Shown here piece after piece: positions 11,101-21,481 of a DNA stretch of 64,000 bases. Origin of the DNA: Trypanosoma brucei (lineage: Eukaryota); NCBI GenBank assembly GCA_000002445.1, contig CP000070.1, positions 1,088,001-1,152,000 on the forward strand, in the 5' to 3' direction. The position numbers were made by a program, and so were the translations under genes. The first letter of the stretch is position 1. The number at the start of each line of letters is the position of its first letter. Below the pieces are notes generated by a model, which was not told the DNA's origin, ran no database searches, and saw nothing but the letters and a program-made list of their open reading frames with translations.

Positions 11101-14100
11101 AAGTACTCACAATAATAATCACAAAAATTTCGAAGGCAAAAATCAACCCCGTGGGCGGGCTCTCGAAATTTCCTCCAATGAGTCGCGTCCACTGTCTCAC
11201 ACAGGAAAAACAACTTGGGGCTCGAGAGACGAACAAATTTATCAGCACGAAAAGCAACAAACACTTAACACATCTACAAAGCGCCGATACGTCTCAACAC
11301 CGTCAGCTTCGCGGTGTTCATCAAGAGACATAGTAGCAGTCATCCAATCACCAAAACCAAGCAAGGCGGCCATCGACGCCATTGCACATCTCCAAAAGAA
11401 ACATGCCGAAGGAAAATCTCATCACCAACATTTAAAAAAGCAATACGAAGATACGTGTCTGTCTTTGGTGAAAACAGCAGCGGAATTTCAAGAGAACATA
11501 GCAAGACAAAAGATAGAACAGACCTGCTGGTCTGAACAGAACAAAATACTATTAGCGTTCATCAATACAACCGTGAGGGAGACACAGATATCGATGATGA
11601 AACAAAAAATCGAAAAGGAACGCACATTGACGGAGGAGGATTCCCGAAAATTAGCTACTGACCGTCGGGTGCTTGACTTATCTAAGGTGTATTTTGACTC
11701 ACTGAACGAGGTACGTGAATCCATGGCGGAACACTATGGTACTCTCATGTGTGAATGCAAAACAGTACTGAGTAATGCGAATGCTACAAGCTATGAAGCT
11801 CATCAGCAGTTGGCGGAGGAGATTCGTGCTCGTGAATTAGCTACTGACCGTCGGGTGCTTGACTTATCTAAGGTGTATTTTGACTCACTGAACGAGGTAC
11901 GTGAATCCATGGCGGAACACTATGGTACTCTCATGTGTGAATGCAAAACAGTACTGAGTAATGCGAATGCTACAAGCTATGAAGCTCATCAGCAGTTGGC
12001 GGAGGAGACTCGTGCTCGTGAATTAGCTACTGACCGTCGGGTGCTTGACTTATCTAAGGTGTATTTTGAGTCACTGAACGAGGTACGTGAATCCATGGCG
12101 GAACACTATGGTACTCTCATGTGTGAATGCAAAACAGTACTGAGTAATGCGAATGCTACAAGCTATGAGGCTCATCAGCAGTTGGCGGAGGAGACTCGTG
12201 CTCGTGAATTAGCTACTGACCGTCGGGTGCTTGACTTATCTAAGGTGTATTTTGACTCACTGAACGAGGTACGTGAGTCCATGGCGGAACACTATGATAC
12301 TCTCATGTGTGAATGCAAAACAGTATTGAGTAATGCGAATGCTACAAGCTATGAAGCTCATCAGCAGTTGGCGGAGGAGATTCGTGCTCGTGAATTAGCT
12401 ACTGACCGTCGGGTGCTTGACTTATCTAAGGTGTATTTTGACTCACTGAACGAGGTACGTGAATCCATGGCGGAACACTATGATACTCTCATGTGTGAAT
12501 GCAAAACAGTATTGAGTAATGCGAATGCTACAAGCTATGAGGCTCATCAGCAGTTGGCGGAGGAGACTCGTGCTCGTGAATTAGCTACTGACCGTCGGGT
12601 GCTTGACTTATCTAAGGTGTATTTTGACTCACTGAACGAGGTACGTGAGTCCATGGCGGAACACTATGATACTCTCATGTGTGAATGCAAAACAGTACTG
12701 AGTAATGCGAATGCTACAAGCTATGAAGCTCATCAGCAGTTGGCGGAGGAGACTCGTGCTCGTGAATTAGCTACTGACCGTCAGGTGCTTGACTTATCTA
12801 AGGTGTATTTTGACTCACTGAACGAGGTACGTGAATCCATGGCGGAACACTATGATACTCTCATGTGTGAATGCAAAACAGTATTGAGTAATGCGAATGC
12901 TACAAGCTATGAAGCTCATCAGCAGTTGGCGGAGGAGACTCGTGCTCGTGAATTAGCTACTGACCGTCGGGTGCTTGACTTATCTAAGGTGTATTTTGAC
13001 TCACTGAACGAGGTACGTGAATCCATGGCGGAACACTATGATACTCTCATGTGTGAATGCAAAACAGTATTGAGTAATGCGAATGCTACAAGCTATGAAG
13101 CTCATCAGCAGTTGGCGGAGGAGATTCGTGCTCGTGAATTAGCTACTGACCGTCGGGTGCTTGACTTATCTAAGGTGTATTTTGACTCACTGAACGAGGT
13201 ACGTGAATCCATGGCGGAACACTATGATACTCTCATGTGTGAATGCAAAACAGTATTGAGTAATGCGAATGCTACAAGCTATGAAGCTCATCAGCAGTTG
13301 GCGGAGGAGATTCGTGCTCGTGAATTAGCTACTGACCGTCGGGTGCTTGACTTATCTAAGGTGTATTTTGACTCACTGAACGAGGTACGTGAATCCATGG
13401 CGGAACACTATGGTACTCTCATGTGTGAATGCAAAACAGTACTGAGTAATGCGAATGCTACAAGCTATGAGGCTCATCAGCAGTTGGCGGAGGAGACTCG
13501 TGCTCGTGAATTAGCTACTGACCGTCGGGTGCTTGACTTATCTAAGGTGTATTTTGACTCACTGAACGAGGTACGTGAGTCCATGGCGGAACACTATGAT
13601 ACTCTCATGTGTGAATGCAAAACAGTACTGAGTAATGCGAATGCTACAAGCTATGAAGCTCATCAGCAGTTGGCGGAGGAGATTCGTGCTCGTGAATTAG
13701 CTACTGACCGTCGGGTGCTTGACTTATCTAAGGTGTATTTTGAGTCACTGAACGAGGTACGTGAATCCATGGCGGAACACTATGATACTCTCATGTGTGA
13801 ATGCAAAACAGTACTGAGTAATGCGAATGCTACAAGCTATGAAGCTCATCAGCAGTTGGCGGAGGAGATTCGTGCTCGTGAATTAGCTACTGACCGTCGG
13901 GTGCTTGACTTATCTAAGGTGTATTTTGACTCACTGAACGAGGTACGTGAATCCATGGCGGAACACTATGATACTCTCATGTGTGAATGCAAAACAGTAC
14001 TGAGTAATGCGAATGCTACAAGCTATGAAGCTCATCAGCAGTTGGCGGAGGAGATTCGTGCTCGTGAATTAGCTACTGACCGTCGGGTGCTTGACTTATC

Positions 14101-15388
14101 TAAGGTGTATTTTGAGTCACTGAACGAGGTACGTGAATCCATGGCGGAACACTATGGTACTCTCATGTGTGAATGCAAAACAGTATTGAGTAATGCGAAT
14201 GCTACAAGCTATGAAGCTCATCAGCAGTTGGCGGAGGAGACTCGTGCTCGTGAATTAGCTACTGACCGTCGGGTGCTTGACTTATCTAAGGTGTATTTTG
14301 AGTCACTGAACGAGGTACGTGAATCCATGGCGGAACACTATGATACTCTCATGTGTGAATGCAAAACAGTATTGAGTAATGCGAATGCTACAAGCTATGA
14401 AGCTCATCAGCAGTTGGCGGAGGAGACTCGTGCTCGTGAATTAGCTACTGACCGTCAGGTGCTTGACTTATCTAAGGTGTATTTTGAGTCACTGAACGAG
14501 GTACGTGAATCCATGGCGGAACACTATGGTACTCTCATGTGTGAATGCAAAACAGTACTGAGTAATGCGAATGCTACAAGCTATGAGGCTCATCAGCAGT
14601 TGGCGGAGGAGACTCGTGCTCGTGAATTAGCTACTGACCGTCGGGTGCTTGACTTATCTAAGGTGTATTTTGATTGTGCTGGGGTGCTATGTGACGCTGT
14701 TTTCAAAAAATGTATTTTTTTTGGTGGTGTAGTGTTTGATATTTGTCGTGATTGTTTGGTTCCTATGTCTATTTGTTCTTCCGTGTCGCTGGGCGGTGTT
14801 TATGCTTTGGGTGGCATTGATGGACTTGTGTACGAAATGGAATTGAGGAAACGGCGCATTGCAGAGTTGGAAGAATGTGTTCGGCAGAAGCACATTGTTA
14901 TCACATCACTAAAAGAGAGTATTGCCAACTTGTATGGCCTTTTGGAGGCACAGCGAGATCTTGGCATGGTCGCTCCACCTCCACCACCGTTAGTGTCGCG
15001 CGAGTTTGGTGTGCTGAACTCGAGTGCGAAAGAAGCCGTGGCATATGTGAACAGTGATGCATCTTTTTCTAGTACTTTTTTTGCATCACCATCTCGTGTT
15101 CTATCCCCTGGTGTTAATGACGGGGTGAAGTTGAAAGTGTGTCCCAGATCATTTGCTGATGAGGCTGTGTTATCAGCGGAGACAGTTGGGGGCGCTTTTA
15201 CTTCATCAAATGATCATCATGTTGCCGTTGGTGGGGTAGTTGGACACGAAGCTAATCGTACCGACCAAATTACGGATGAAGGTGAACGGTTGCAGGGCTG
15301 GAGCCTTCCTATTGATCGTAAGGAGATGCGACCAGTAAGTTGGTATTTGCAGTCTATCGCTGCCATTGAGAGTACGCTCAAGAAGTAG
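8162..15388 (+). CDS. Giant (2408 aa) protein with a unique N-terminal region, about 16 near-identical 62-aa tandem repeats and a unique C-terminal domain
   Basis: A single uninterrupted ORF. The repeat unit is ELATDRRVLDLSKVYFDSLNEVRESMAEHYGTLMCECKTVLSNANATSYEAHQQLAEEIRAR, with alternating charged and hydrophobic residues (helical or coiled-coil-like). No family is recognised. Confidence 0.7.
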   Translation: MGNEPFLLFRGSELLPGFPSSRPEGNLAQPDEGDVERLPTHLIPIEPLTHSVVRVVCHSSTRAGMSTPLAQMCALTDVRRLLEEERDKCVETARSWEGLCALHSHYPHDHATGCMPIANEELDCVASSLSLDESFVKEVLRSKLWRVKGNAESADGKVEPDLKRLKIVVSDLCQLLWHHRDGEGSISTDGVAVPDSSERCEVVRREKRKASKVEAKSVLSIIAGLTKDSLDELTASHGSVEPLLVGLVFSEVSEETCNHSGGETVGTLVGDDLLRLFDKKVEATVENKDGYGDTVDFSARVLLLNAVMERKNMKNMAHASPMWSALLSVVNFVYVTGDPATVRYVAQLINHVQCLTQQVTAEPAPRPHSKVDISLFYTPLMGVENEEGLYPSGARCVSNLKTALSEAVVGVANKKRWKPEAFSPGGSGGFQDLLQWSLMLEHVWHHCGSAPCHKVSRGIEQWIGMAVETAADIFASTAEALLLSMYVMEPLPPVCLPVADNTETAVKSVAGSPGFSVGDVLLSAHRVSLLVFGAVVGPCASDNPLLRREALEDLYGAHLKASEAVRGRLERFCARQAERTVDASPALKNLEKYQSQWSKTVELEQGKKGDSLARILYVCMEGMHHILSTPLIKHCDVPYDLGENAIAGVDGWRCSGATTSCVGRTTTNCGYGAKVNQRCQVTESPITSSWASAAKSSAICNFTMQRLLPMLLHSLGQQPVVLNGNSIVNVGTRRAVQSWEDQRMQLEGRCRAAEAMIEHQRCVIGEIRNQRSALGNRLREAQRCMRKLVMMCVGYEEGHASYAQKLAFRLKYSLEEDITSIFVPIEVKPVAGSDAWDGGETSQQSSPSPLVCGEASMVAPLAGRDDLRRLMFRDAQMQLDACHNVVRCVCQEARENLNTLSAAMMECSISYGNVSPNESLRAMFSTSLYGTRTNEPSGGYMPPTGDQECDCDGSNQGDMYQKDDSKHTYPSTIIKVPLGLSTHNNNHKNFEGKNQPRGRALEISSNESRPLSHTGKTTWGSRDEQIYQHEKQQTLNTSTKRRYVSTPSASRCSSRDIVAVIQSPKPSKAAIDAIAHLQKKHAEGKSHHQHLKKQYEDTCLSLVKTAAEFQENIARQKIEQTCWSEQNKILLAFINTTVRETQISMMKQKIEKERTLTEEDSRKLATDRRVLDLSKVYFDSLNEVRESMAEHYGTLMCECKTVLSNANATSYEAHQQLAEEIRARELATDRRVLDLSKVYFDSLNEVRESMAEHYGTLMCECKTVLSNANATSYEAHQQLAEETRARELATDRRVLDLSKVYFESLNEVRESMAEHYGTLMCECKTVLSNANATSYEAHQQLAEETRARELATDRRVLDLSKVYFDSLNEVRESMAEHYDTLMCECKTVLSNANATSYEAHQQLAEEIRARELATDRRVLDLSKVYFDSLNEVRESMAEHYDTLMCECKTVLSNANATSYEAHQQLAEETRARELATDRRVLDLSKVYFDSLNEVRESMAEHYDTLMCECKTVLSNANATSYEAHQQLAEETRARELATDRQVLDLSKVYFDSLNEVRESMAEHYDTLMCECKTVLSNANATSYEAHQQLAEETRARELATDRRVLDLSKVYFDSLNEVRESMAEHYDTLMCECKTVLSNANATSYEAHQQLAEEIRARELATDRRVLDLSKVYFDSLNEVRESMAEHYDTLMCECKTVLSNANATSYEAHQQLAEEIRARELATDRRVLDLSKVYFDSLNEVRESMAEHYGTLMCECKTVLSNANATSYEAHQQLAEETRARELATDRRVLDLSKVYFDSLNEVRESMAEHYDTLMCECKTVLSNANATSYEAHQQLAEEIRARELATDRRVLDLSKVYFESLNEVRESMAEHYDTLMCECKTVLSNANATSYEAHQQLAEEIRARELATDRRVLDLSKVYFDSLNEVRESMAEHYDTLMCECKTVLSNANATSYEAHQQLAEEIRARELATDRRVLDLSKVYFESLNEVRESMAEHYGTLMCECKTVLSNANATSYEAHQQLAEETRARELATDRRVLDLSKVYFESLNEVRESMAEHYDTLMCECKTVLSNANATSYEAHQQLAEETRARELATDRQVLDLSKVYFESLNEVRESMAEHYGTLMCECKTVLSNANATSYEAHQQLAEETRARELATDRRVLDLSKVYFDCAGVLCDAVFKKCIFFGGVVFDICRDCLVPMSICSSVSLGGVYALGGIDGLVYEMELRKRRIAELEECVRQKHIVITSLKESIANLYGLLEAQRDLGMVAPPPPPLVSREFGVLNSSAKEAVAYVNSDASFSSTFFASPSRVLSPGVNDGVKLKVCPRSFADEAVLSAETVGGAFTSSNDHHVAVGGVVGHEANRTDQITDEGERLQGWSLPIDRKEMRPVSWYLQSIAAIESTLKK
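11640..14680 (+). repeat. 186-bp tandem coding repeat array of about 16.2 copies
   Basis: The period was measured directly: ttagctactgaccgtcgggtg occurs at 11651 and 11837, and the final partial copy ends near 14672. About 7 nucleotide sites vary among copies, giving G/D, D/E, I/T and R/Q codon variants plus synonymous changes. Confidence 0.9.
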
Positions 15389-15588
15389 TGTGTTTTTTGA
15401 GCGTTTTACTACGTTGATAAGGATGTTGTCCGACTGCATATTTACGGTGAATAGTGTACATTTACAGGGGGTTTGTATATTTTTCTGTACGGCAATCGTG
15501 AGTTTGAGAGTGAAATTTTTATTTTTATGGATAGTGCTGGTGGGTAATTGTCGTTGCTGCAATAAGACATGTTTTAGCGGAACGATTG

Positions 15589-15646
15589 TTTCCCTACCTT
15601 CTATTACCCCTACCCTTGTTTTTGTTCCTCTCTGACCCTTTTGTCT
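15589..15646 (+). promoter_or_regulatory. Polypyrimidine tract upstream of the bL21 CDS, a probable splice-acceptor signal
   Basis: The run tttccctaccttctattacccctacccttgtttttgttcctctctgacccttttgtc lies about 155 nt upstream of the ATG at 15801. Confidence 0.4.
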
Positions 15647-15800
15647 AACGGAAGTACGTTGTCGTCAGAAGGAAAAACCTCCCCGAGGTAGAGAGTGCCG
15701 AAAAAGTGCAAGAAGGTGGCAGTCGCACTGTGTAACATATCGGAGAGAGAAAGGGAGCAATAAAGGCTCAGCGCGTGAAGGGGCCGAAAGGGAGGACACA

Positions 15801-16367
15801 ATGCCCTCACTAGCGAACGGGTTGCGTTGCCCGGATGCGCTCATCACCCGGACGTTGAATCCGCTACTCAATGGACCGAAGTTTGCGGTAATATACTGTG
15901 GAAATCACCAGTACAAAGTTGCGGTAGGCGATGTCATTGCGGTTCAGCGGCTTCGGGTCGAAATAGGAAGTCATATTGCTCTTAAAAAGGTGCTGATGGT
16001 AGGTGGCCCGCGCTTCACGGCTATCGGCCGTCCTCTTCTTGAAGGTGTACGGGTAACCGCACAGGTGGAGGAGCAAAAGCGGATGCGCAATGTGGTTTCG
16101 TTATTTGCCACGCCAGGTAGGCGACATGTGCGGTGGGTGGATGCACCTCATGCTGCAACAGTTATTCGCATTTGTGAAATATTTTACTCTCCCAATGTGG
16201 TTGGTGAGTTGGATAAGTACAAGGGCGAGTTGTTGGAAACGTTTACACCAGGTCAGCACACGAACCCAGTGTACCCCGTTGATGATGGCTATGACGTGTT
16301 TAGGAAGAAAGATAAGGAGGCCATGGAGAATGCCACCACCTTTCTCGACCTTTTGGGTGGTGTGTGA
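15801..16367 (+). CDS. Mitochondrial ribosomal protein L21 (bL21 family)
   Basis: FAVIYCGNHQYKVAVGDVIAVQRLRVEIGSHIALKKVLMVGG...LEGVRVTAQVEEQKRMRNVVSLF...TVIRICEI matches the bacterial-type L21 pattern YAVIExGGKQYKVxxGDxIxVEKL...EVGxxIxLDKVLLVG...GxPxVEGAKVTAxV. The N-terminus (MPSLANGLRCPDALITRT) looks like a mitochondrial presequence. Confidence 0.7.
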   Translation: MPSLANGLRCPDALITRTLNPLLNGPKFAVIYCGNHQYKVAVGDVIAVQRLRVEIGSHIALKKVLMVGGPRFTAIGRPLLEGVRVTAQVEEQKRMRNVVSLFATPGRRHVRWVDAPHAATVIRICEIFYSPNVVGELDKYKGELLETFTPGQHTNPVYPVDDGYDVFRKKDKEAMENATTFLDLLGGV

Positions 16368-16776
16368 AGGGATGTGCGAGGAGATTAAAGGAAGACGGGC
16401 AAACGGTTGCGTGTTGGTCACACACTACGGCGGCGGAGTTCAAGTTCAGTGGTGCCACTATTGTGTGTGTGTGTGTGTGCTGAGAAGGAGAACTATATAG
16501 AGCAGTATCTCCACTTTACGTGTGTTACTTCCATGGAACGGAGGTCGGGTCTGTTTGATGGTCCCTTTTGAGAGCGCGGCTTGCTGGGCTCATCCACACG
16601 TGCCTACTTTTTCTTTTTTGTGCGCATGCAGTACTTATATTCTGCGATTTATTTATTTTCTTCCAGTGCTTCCACCTACTTTGCCGTGCTTTCTACACAA
16701 CGTACACATGCTATTTTTGTGAGTGGTGGTAACTTAGCACACGTTTTTTTTCGACCTAGTCCGGTCACCCCACAGG

Positions 16777-19700
16777 ATGGTCGTTCATCTTACCCCACTA
16801 AAACGTCCGCAGTTACTCGACTTGTGTGGGCTTACGGGGTCGGTGTTGCGCGCTGTTGCCGCGTCTGCTCAAATCAACGGGTCGGCGAATTGTCCGCCCA
16901 GCAGTGAAAGTAGCAATGGCAACCATCATCCCCACCCTAACGGACACAGTGGTGATGATGGTATTACTAGTAATAAGGAGCACATTGGTGGTGATCGGAG
17001 CGGAAAACATTCCCGGTGTGAACATCCGCTAATGTGCGGAACGTTTTGTGACGTTTTGGAGGACCCGTACACGAAAGATACATGGAGACTGCACGATAAA
17101 ATGCTGTATTTGGTGTGGTGGTCGCACCGTCCAACTTCTTGTACCAACTGCGGTACGCAAGATGCATGGCTGCCGTCAGAAGATAGTGAGTTGAAATGCT
17201 GGAACTGCGGAACCGGCGCGGGCACTACCGCTGATCATGACATTGTTGAGGAAAGGTTTGATGAGGCGAATATGAGCGAGGAGGAGGAGGGGGGTCCGGA
17301 CCGCAGCATGGTGGAGGGTGAAACAAGTGGTGGTTTTGCCACGGGGGACAACAATGCTGTGGTTGCAACTGGCGGTAGTGCCGTCTCTCTGTACTCATTT
17401 TTCTATGAATGGATATCAGTTTTGCAGTCAACGAAGCAGCTCTCGGGCATACGACTCCCTAAAGGTGAATGTCTTTCGCAGGTATTGCGGGCGGCGTACG
17501 ACCTGGCCATGCTGTTCGTGCTCCCGGGGACGCCCGGGTCGGGAGCAATGGCGATGTGGGGAGGGGCGCTCTTTTTGAGTTTGACCTTGTACCGGTATGC
17601 TGTGCCGTTTCCCCTCTTTCAGTTAGGTGGACAGTTATACGATCTGAGGGAATCCCCAAAAGCTTCTTCTGATAACCGTGAGCGGATTGAAAACTTGCAA
17701 TGGGTTGACGTGGAGTTGCTCTCATCTCTAATCGGGGTTGTGCTTCCCGATTTCTTTGAGTCGTGTAGCGTTGGAGAGCAGTACATGTGTAACGTGATGA
17801 CGGTAACAGCACAGTTCGGCGTTCCTAGCTGTATTTGGCATCCCCGTCGCATTTCGTGGTATCAAGATTCCATCCTGCTGATGAAAAAACGTAGGCGGCT
17901 ACCCACACAAACTCATGGCACGCCATTTCCTAGCGAAATTTCACCTGAACACACGGCGATGATAGCCCTACTTGAGTTGGCTCGATTGTTTGATTCTAAA
18001 CCGTCAAGTGCCAGTGTGTCCGCGCGTGTTGGTAAGTGGTTGGACGAGAATGGGCTGTATCCGCAGCGTACCTCTTATCGATCGAAAGAATGTGGTGATG
18101 AAAACTTGAATGATGACAATCAACAGCCGAATGCAGCAGAAGCAGCGGGTAACGCCTCTATACCTGCAGCCGAAGAGGATACTGCGTGGGCATGTGGCTC
18201 ACTTACTACTACGAGTTCTCCGTTTGCCGGAGCTATGCACCACGTTTTACAATCCCCATGTGCCAATGCACTTCTCTACATGTTCGCTGAGGTGTTTTCA
18301 ATCCCTGCGCTTGAGTTAGCTGATATGGCAAGTAGTAGTGGAATGTACGGAGGCCCTGTGCGCACCTTTGAGGTGCTGCGAGACTCTGCATGCTCGGGGA
18401 ATTATGGCTTAGTGCCTCTGTCACGGAGAATTTCCCCGATAGTTTCCCCTTGGACAAGTGTATATTTTGCCATACACTCCAACGATCGCCTACCATTTCT
18501 TGCAGCACTGCAGCACGTTCGAAGTGCGACATCGCGTGAAAAAGAAATTCACTTTGTCCGACTCATTCAGGCCATTCTGCGCAAACACCAAAGCACGCGG
18601 CGTTATCAATTTAACTATACCATAAATGTGAAGAGTGAGAAGTCAATGTCACAAATCGACGGAACTTATTTTCTTTGCTATGTCGCAGAGCAGTTTGCCG
18701 TCTTCGCGGCCATTGGTTCCGCCCAGAGGACTTTAACCTTTGACAGCACGAACAAAAGCATAACGTTTAACTCCCCTCAACTCCGTGACGTGGAGGTGGA
18801 GCTTATTCCTGAGAAACGAATGTCCTCTAGTGCTAAAAGTGAGAAACCACATGAGGAGGCGTCACAGGCTTCGGTGGGGCAATCGCCGCATTTCCGTGGC
18901 CATCACCATGACAAATTTCAAAACAATCAATATCAATCGCTGCCGGGCGCCGCGCGTCCACAGTCGCAACGGGATGCCCATCGTATCCATATTAAATTCA
19001 GTGGCCCTGTTATAGCGAACGTGGAAAGCAGCAGCGCTAAGTGTGTGATTGATTGCGCGCGGCAAGACTTGGGTTCTGTGCAATGGCAGTCAGTGGTTCG
19101 GCGGCTGGAGCGCTGTGGGCGTATTCGCAGACGCATGAGGGTTCCGATGCTCGCGTCGCGCCTGGACGCGTTAGCTTCCGTCCGGGAGTCGACGGCGATG
19201 ACATCACATCCCATGAACGGTTCTTCCACACTCGGGTGGAGAGATACAGAGAGCCTCTTTGGATCAACACACCACATGTTGTACGTGTCGCAGAAGTACA
19301 CGGCTACAACACTTAGGCGCGAGGTGCAACAGGATGTGTTGTCATTACTGAGACCGTCGCTTGTCTTTGGAATGTCAGAAAGTCGTGTTGTCACAATGTA
19401 TGCTGCCCTCATCGCTTTGTTGGAAATCACTGACAGACAACTGGGATCTCAGGCTCGTACGTCACCGCGTGTGCCTGGAGGACCGCCAGCGCGCACGTGG
19501 TTAGATGAATTACTGAGCAAGGAAGAGTGGAACTTTGATGACAGGCCTACGCAGAAAACGTTAAATGATACGCCTTCGCCGCCATATCCCAACCGAGATA
19601 CCAACGGAGGAGGGGACGCGATGGTGCTCCCTGCTTCAACAGCAGCCGTCCAGAGGGAACAACAGGACGCAAAGCACCGTAACTCTTCTGACGGACAACA

Positions 19701-20532
19701 AAGGTGTCCAAACGGTTCGCGCCATTCGACGCAATGCAACGCAACTACAGAAGCCTTTCCAAGCTATGAGGAGGTATTAATGGGACGTGTCAAAATGATC
19801 ACTAACGGTGCTGGAGGTCGAAACTCGGGGACGCGGTTCCTGCGGTTTACGAAGTCTCAGAAGCAGCGACGACCCTGCACTGAGGGTAGCGCGGGTGGTG
19901 TTAGCGTCGATAATCCTTCAGCATCAGCTGTTGACGACCCGTCAAATCTCAACTTCACTTCGTTTAACCTGTTTAAAGCGGAGATATGTAGGAGACGGCT
20001 CTACCGACTTCTCTGTTTTATTGACGAGTACAAAAGGAAAGGACATGCAGAACTCAAGCGGCCACCGCACGAAATACGAGCAGACACGCACATGGCAGTG
20101 AAAGCAGAGGATCATAAGGCTTTCAAGAGAGAGGATTCACCTCCGCTATATTCCGCGCAGACTCCTAACGTGTGCGCTAATCGCTCTCCAAGGCACAGTT
20201 TTACATCTGCTCGCAAAAGTAACACTCCATTACTGGGGCCTCAGCCAAATAAAACGACCCCAACAACACCTCCACGACACGCGACATCTCCCATTGTGGA
20301 GCCAATAAAACTACCACCTCAGGCAGAACAATCCGTGTGGGGTTGTCGCAGCTCCGGATCTTCCGGTCACCGCAACGGTGATAACACAAACCATACCCAC
20401 AATCGCATTTATCACACTGGTGTGGGTGACAGGCCACCCCAATCCCGCGCCTCCAGCAACGACGGAGGTTCAATTGAAAACAGGAAACCTATGGGTGAGT
20501 GGTCTTCTAAGAAATTTCGGCGGACGAAATGA
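16777..20532 (+). CDS. Large hypothetical protein (1251 aa) with an N-terminal CxxC-x14-CxxC zinc-ribbon-like motif
   Basis: A long uninterrupted ORF in the same orientation as its neighbours. SCTNCGTQDAWLPSEDSELKCWNCGTG supplies four Cys in a zinc-ribbon-like arrangement. The remainder is low-complexity (S/T/P/N/H-rich) with no recognisable catalytic motif. Confidence 0.5.
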   Translation: MVVHLTPLKRPQLLDLCGLTGSVLRAVAASAQINGSANCPPSSESSNGNHHPHPNGHSGDDGITSNKEHIGGDRSGKHSRCEHPLMCGTFCDVLEDPYTKDTWRLHDKMLYLVWWSHRPTSCTNCGTQDAWLPSEDSELKCWNCGTGAGTTADHDIVEERFDEANMSEEEEGGPDRSMVEGETSGGFATGDNNAVVATGGSAVSLYSFFYEWISVLQSTKQLSGIRLPKGECLSQVLRAAYDLAMLFVLPGTPGSGAMAMWGGALFLSLTLYRYAVPFPLFQLGGQLYDLRESPKASSDNRERIENLQWVDVELLSSLIGVVLPDFFESCSVGEQYMCNVMTVTAQFGVPSCIWHPRRISWYQDSILLMKKRRRLPTQTHGTPFPSEISPEHTAMIALLELARLFDSKPSSASVSARVGKWLDENGLYPQRTSYRSKECGDENLNDDNQQPNAAEAAGNASIPAAEEDTAWACGSLTTTSSPFAGAMHHVLQSPCANALLYMFAEVFSIPALELADMASSSGMYGGPVRTFEVLRDSACSGNYGLVPLSRRISPIVSPWTSVYFAIHSNDRLPFLAALQHVRSATSREKEIHFVRLIQAILRKHQSTRRYQFNYTINVKSEKSMSQIDGTYFLCYVAEQFAVFAAIGSAQRTLTFDSTNKSITFNSPQLRDVEVELIPEKRMSSSAKSEKPHEEASQASVGQSPHFRGHHHDKFQNNQYQSLPGAARPQSQRDAHRIHIKFSGPVIANVESSSAKCVIDCARQDLGSVQWQSVVRRLERCGRIRRRMRVPMLASRLDALASVRESTAMTSHPMNGSSTLGWRDTESLFGSTHHMLYVSQKYTATTLRREVQQDVLSLLRPSLVFGMSESRVVTMYAALIALLEITDRQLGSQARTSPRVPGGPPARTWLDELLSKEEWNFDDRPTQKTLNDTPSPPYPNRDTNGGGDAMVLPASTAAVQREQQDAKHRNSSDGQQRCPNGSRHSTQCNATTEAFPSYEEVLMGRVKMITNGAGGRNSGTRFLRFTKSQKQRRPCTEGSAGGVSVDNPSASAVDDPSNLNFTSFNLFKAEICRRRLYRLLCFIDEYKRKGHAELKRPPHEIRADTHMAVKAEDHKAFKREDSPPLYSAQTPNVCANRSPRHSFTSARKSNTPLLGPQPNKTTPTTPPRHATSPIVEPIKLPPQAEQSVWGCRSSGSSGHRNGDNTNHTHNRIYHTGVGDRPPQSRASSNDGGSIENRKPMGEWSSKKFRRTK

Positions 20533-21481
20533 GGAGGTGGTGAGCGATGTTGAATCGAGGGTTATCAAGTAGAAAAAGGGTAACAACAACGAGGTGTGGT
20601 GTGCCCACGTGCACGGGAGTGCTGGAAGAAGTAGTCTGTCCCCCAACGGGTAAAACAGCCTCTTCCCTGGCTTTTACTGGATTCGTTTCCCTTCCTTCCA
20701 ATGCGTATGCATTGGTACGCAAAATTTAAAGGGTGGAGGAGGGGAGGGGAAATATGTACTTGATTTTTTAGGGCACCGCCTGGACAAGAAGGCACGCGGT
20801 TGGGGGTAAAGCATTCGCGTAATTAAGTGCTTTGCGTTTCTTGTTTGTATGATGGCTTGATTTCTGCAGTGTGTCGCACCCCTCCCTTTTCACCATATTC
20901 CAATGAAAAAATGGGGTGCGAGTTTTGTGATGAATCTCGTGTACGACCGTATAAGTATAAGTTTCCTTCCACATGCTTTATCTGCACACAATACTGAGTT
21001 TGTTGTTTATGTTCTTAAAGTACGTTCATTCTTTTGCTTGTACAGGTAATCACATCATGTCTGTTACCTCTGCTTGTGCACTTACTTTCGATAACTCCAC
21101 GCTCGGTTTCAGTATTGAATGATGTTTTTTCCTTCTTTTTTTCCCCCTTCTCTCGCTATTTCGTGTCAATGTTACCTATCTCGCTAGGCTCTTTAACCGA
21201 GACGCGTCACCGGCTCATTTTCGCAGCAGACAAAAAATTTGTTGACGAACCCTAGCGGAGGAGGGTGAAGATCAGCTCACAAAAGAAAACAAAGGAAGAG
21301 TAAGTAGCAACAAAGGAGAAAGGCGGGTGCAGGGAGGTAAAAAAACTGAAACCGTCCAATAAAGACAAATAAATTTTAAGGAAGCATACAGGCAACAACA
21401 TACATTCTCCCCTAAGAAAAATTTAGGTTTTTTTTGTTGTTTTTTATTTTTTTCCTTCTATTGTTAAGTGATTTGCCGAAG

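Noticed and set aside
11640-14680. The regular 186-bp repeat array considered as a CRISPR-like or satellite array
   Set aside because: The repeats are contiguous with no spacers and in-frame within a 7.2-kb ORF. The sequence context is eukaryotic. It is a coding tandem repeat, not a CRISPR array.
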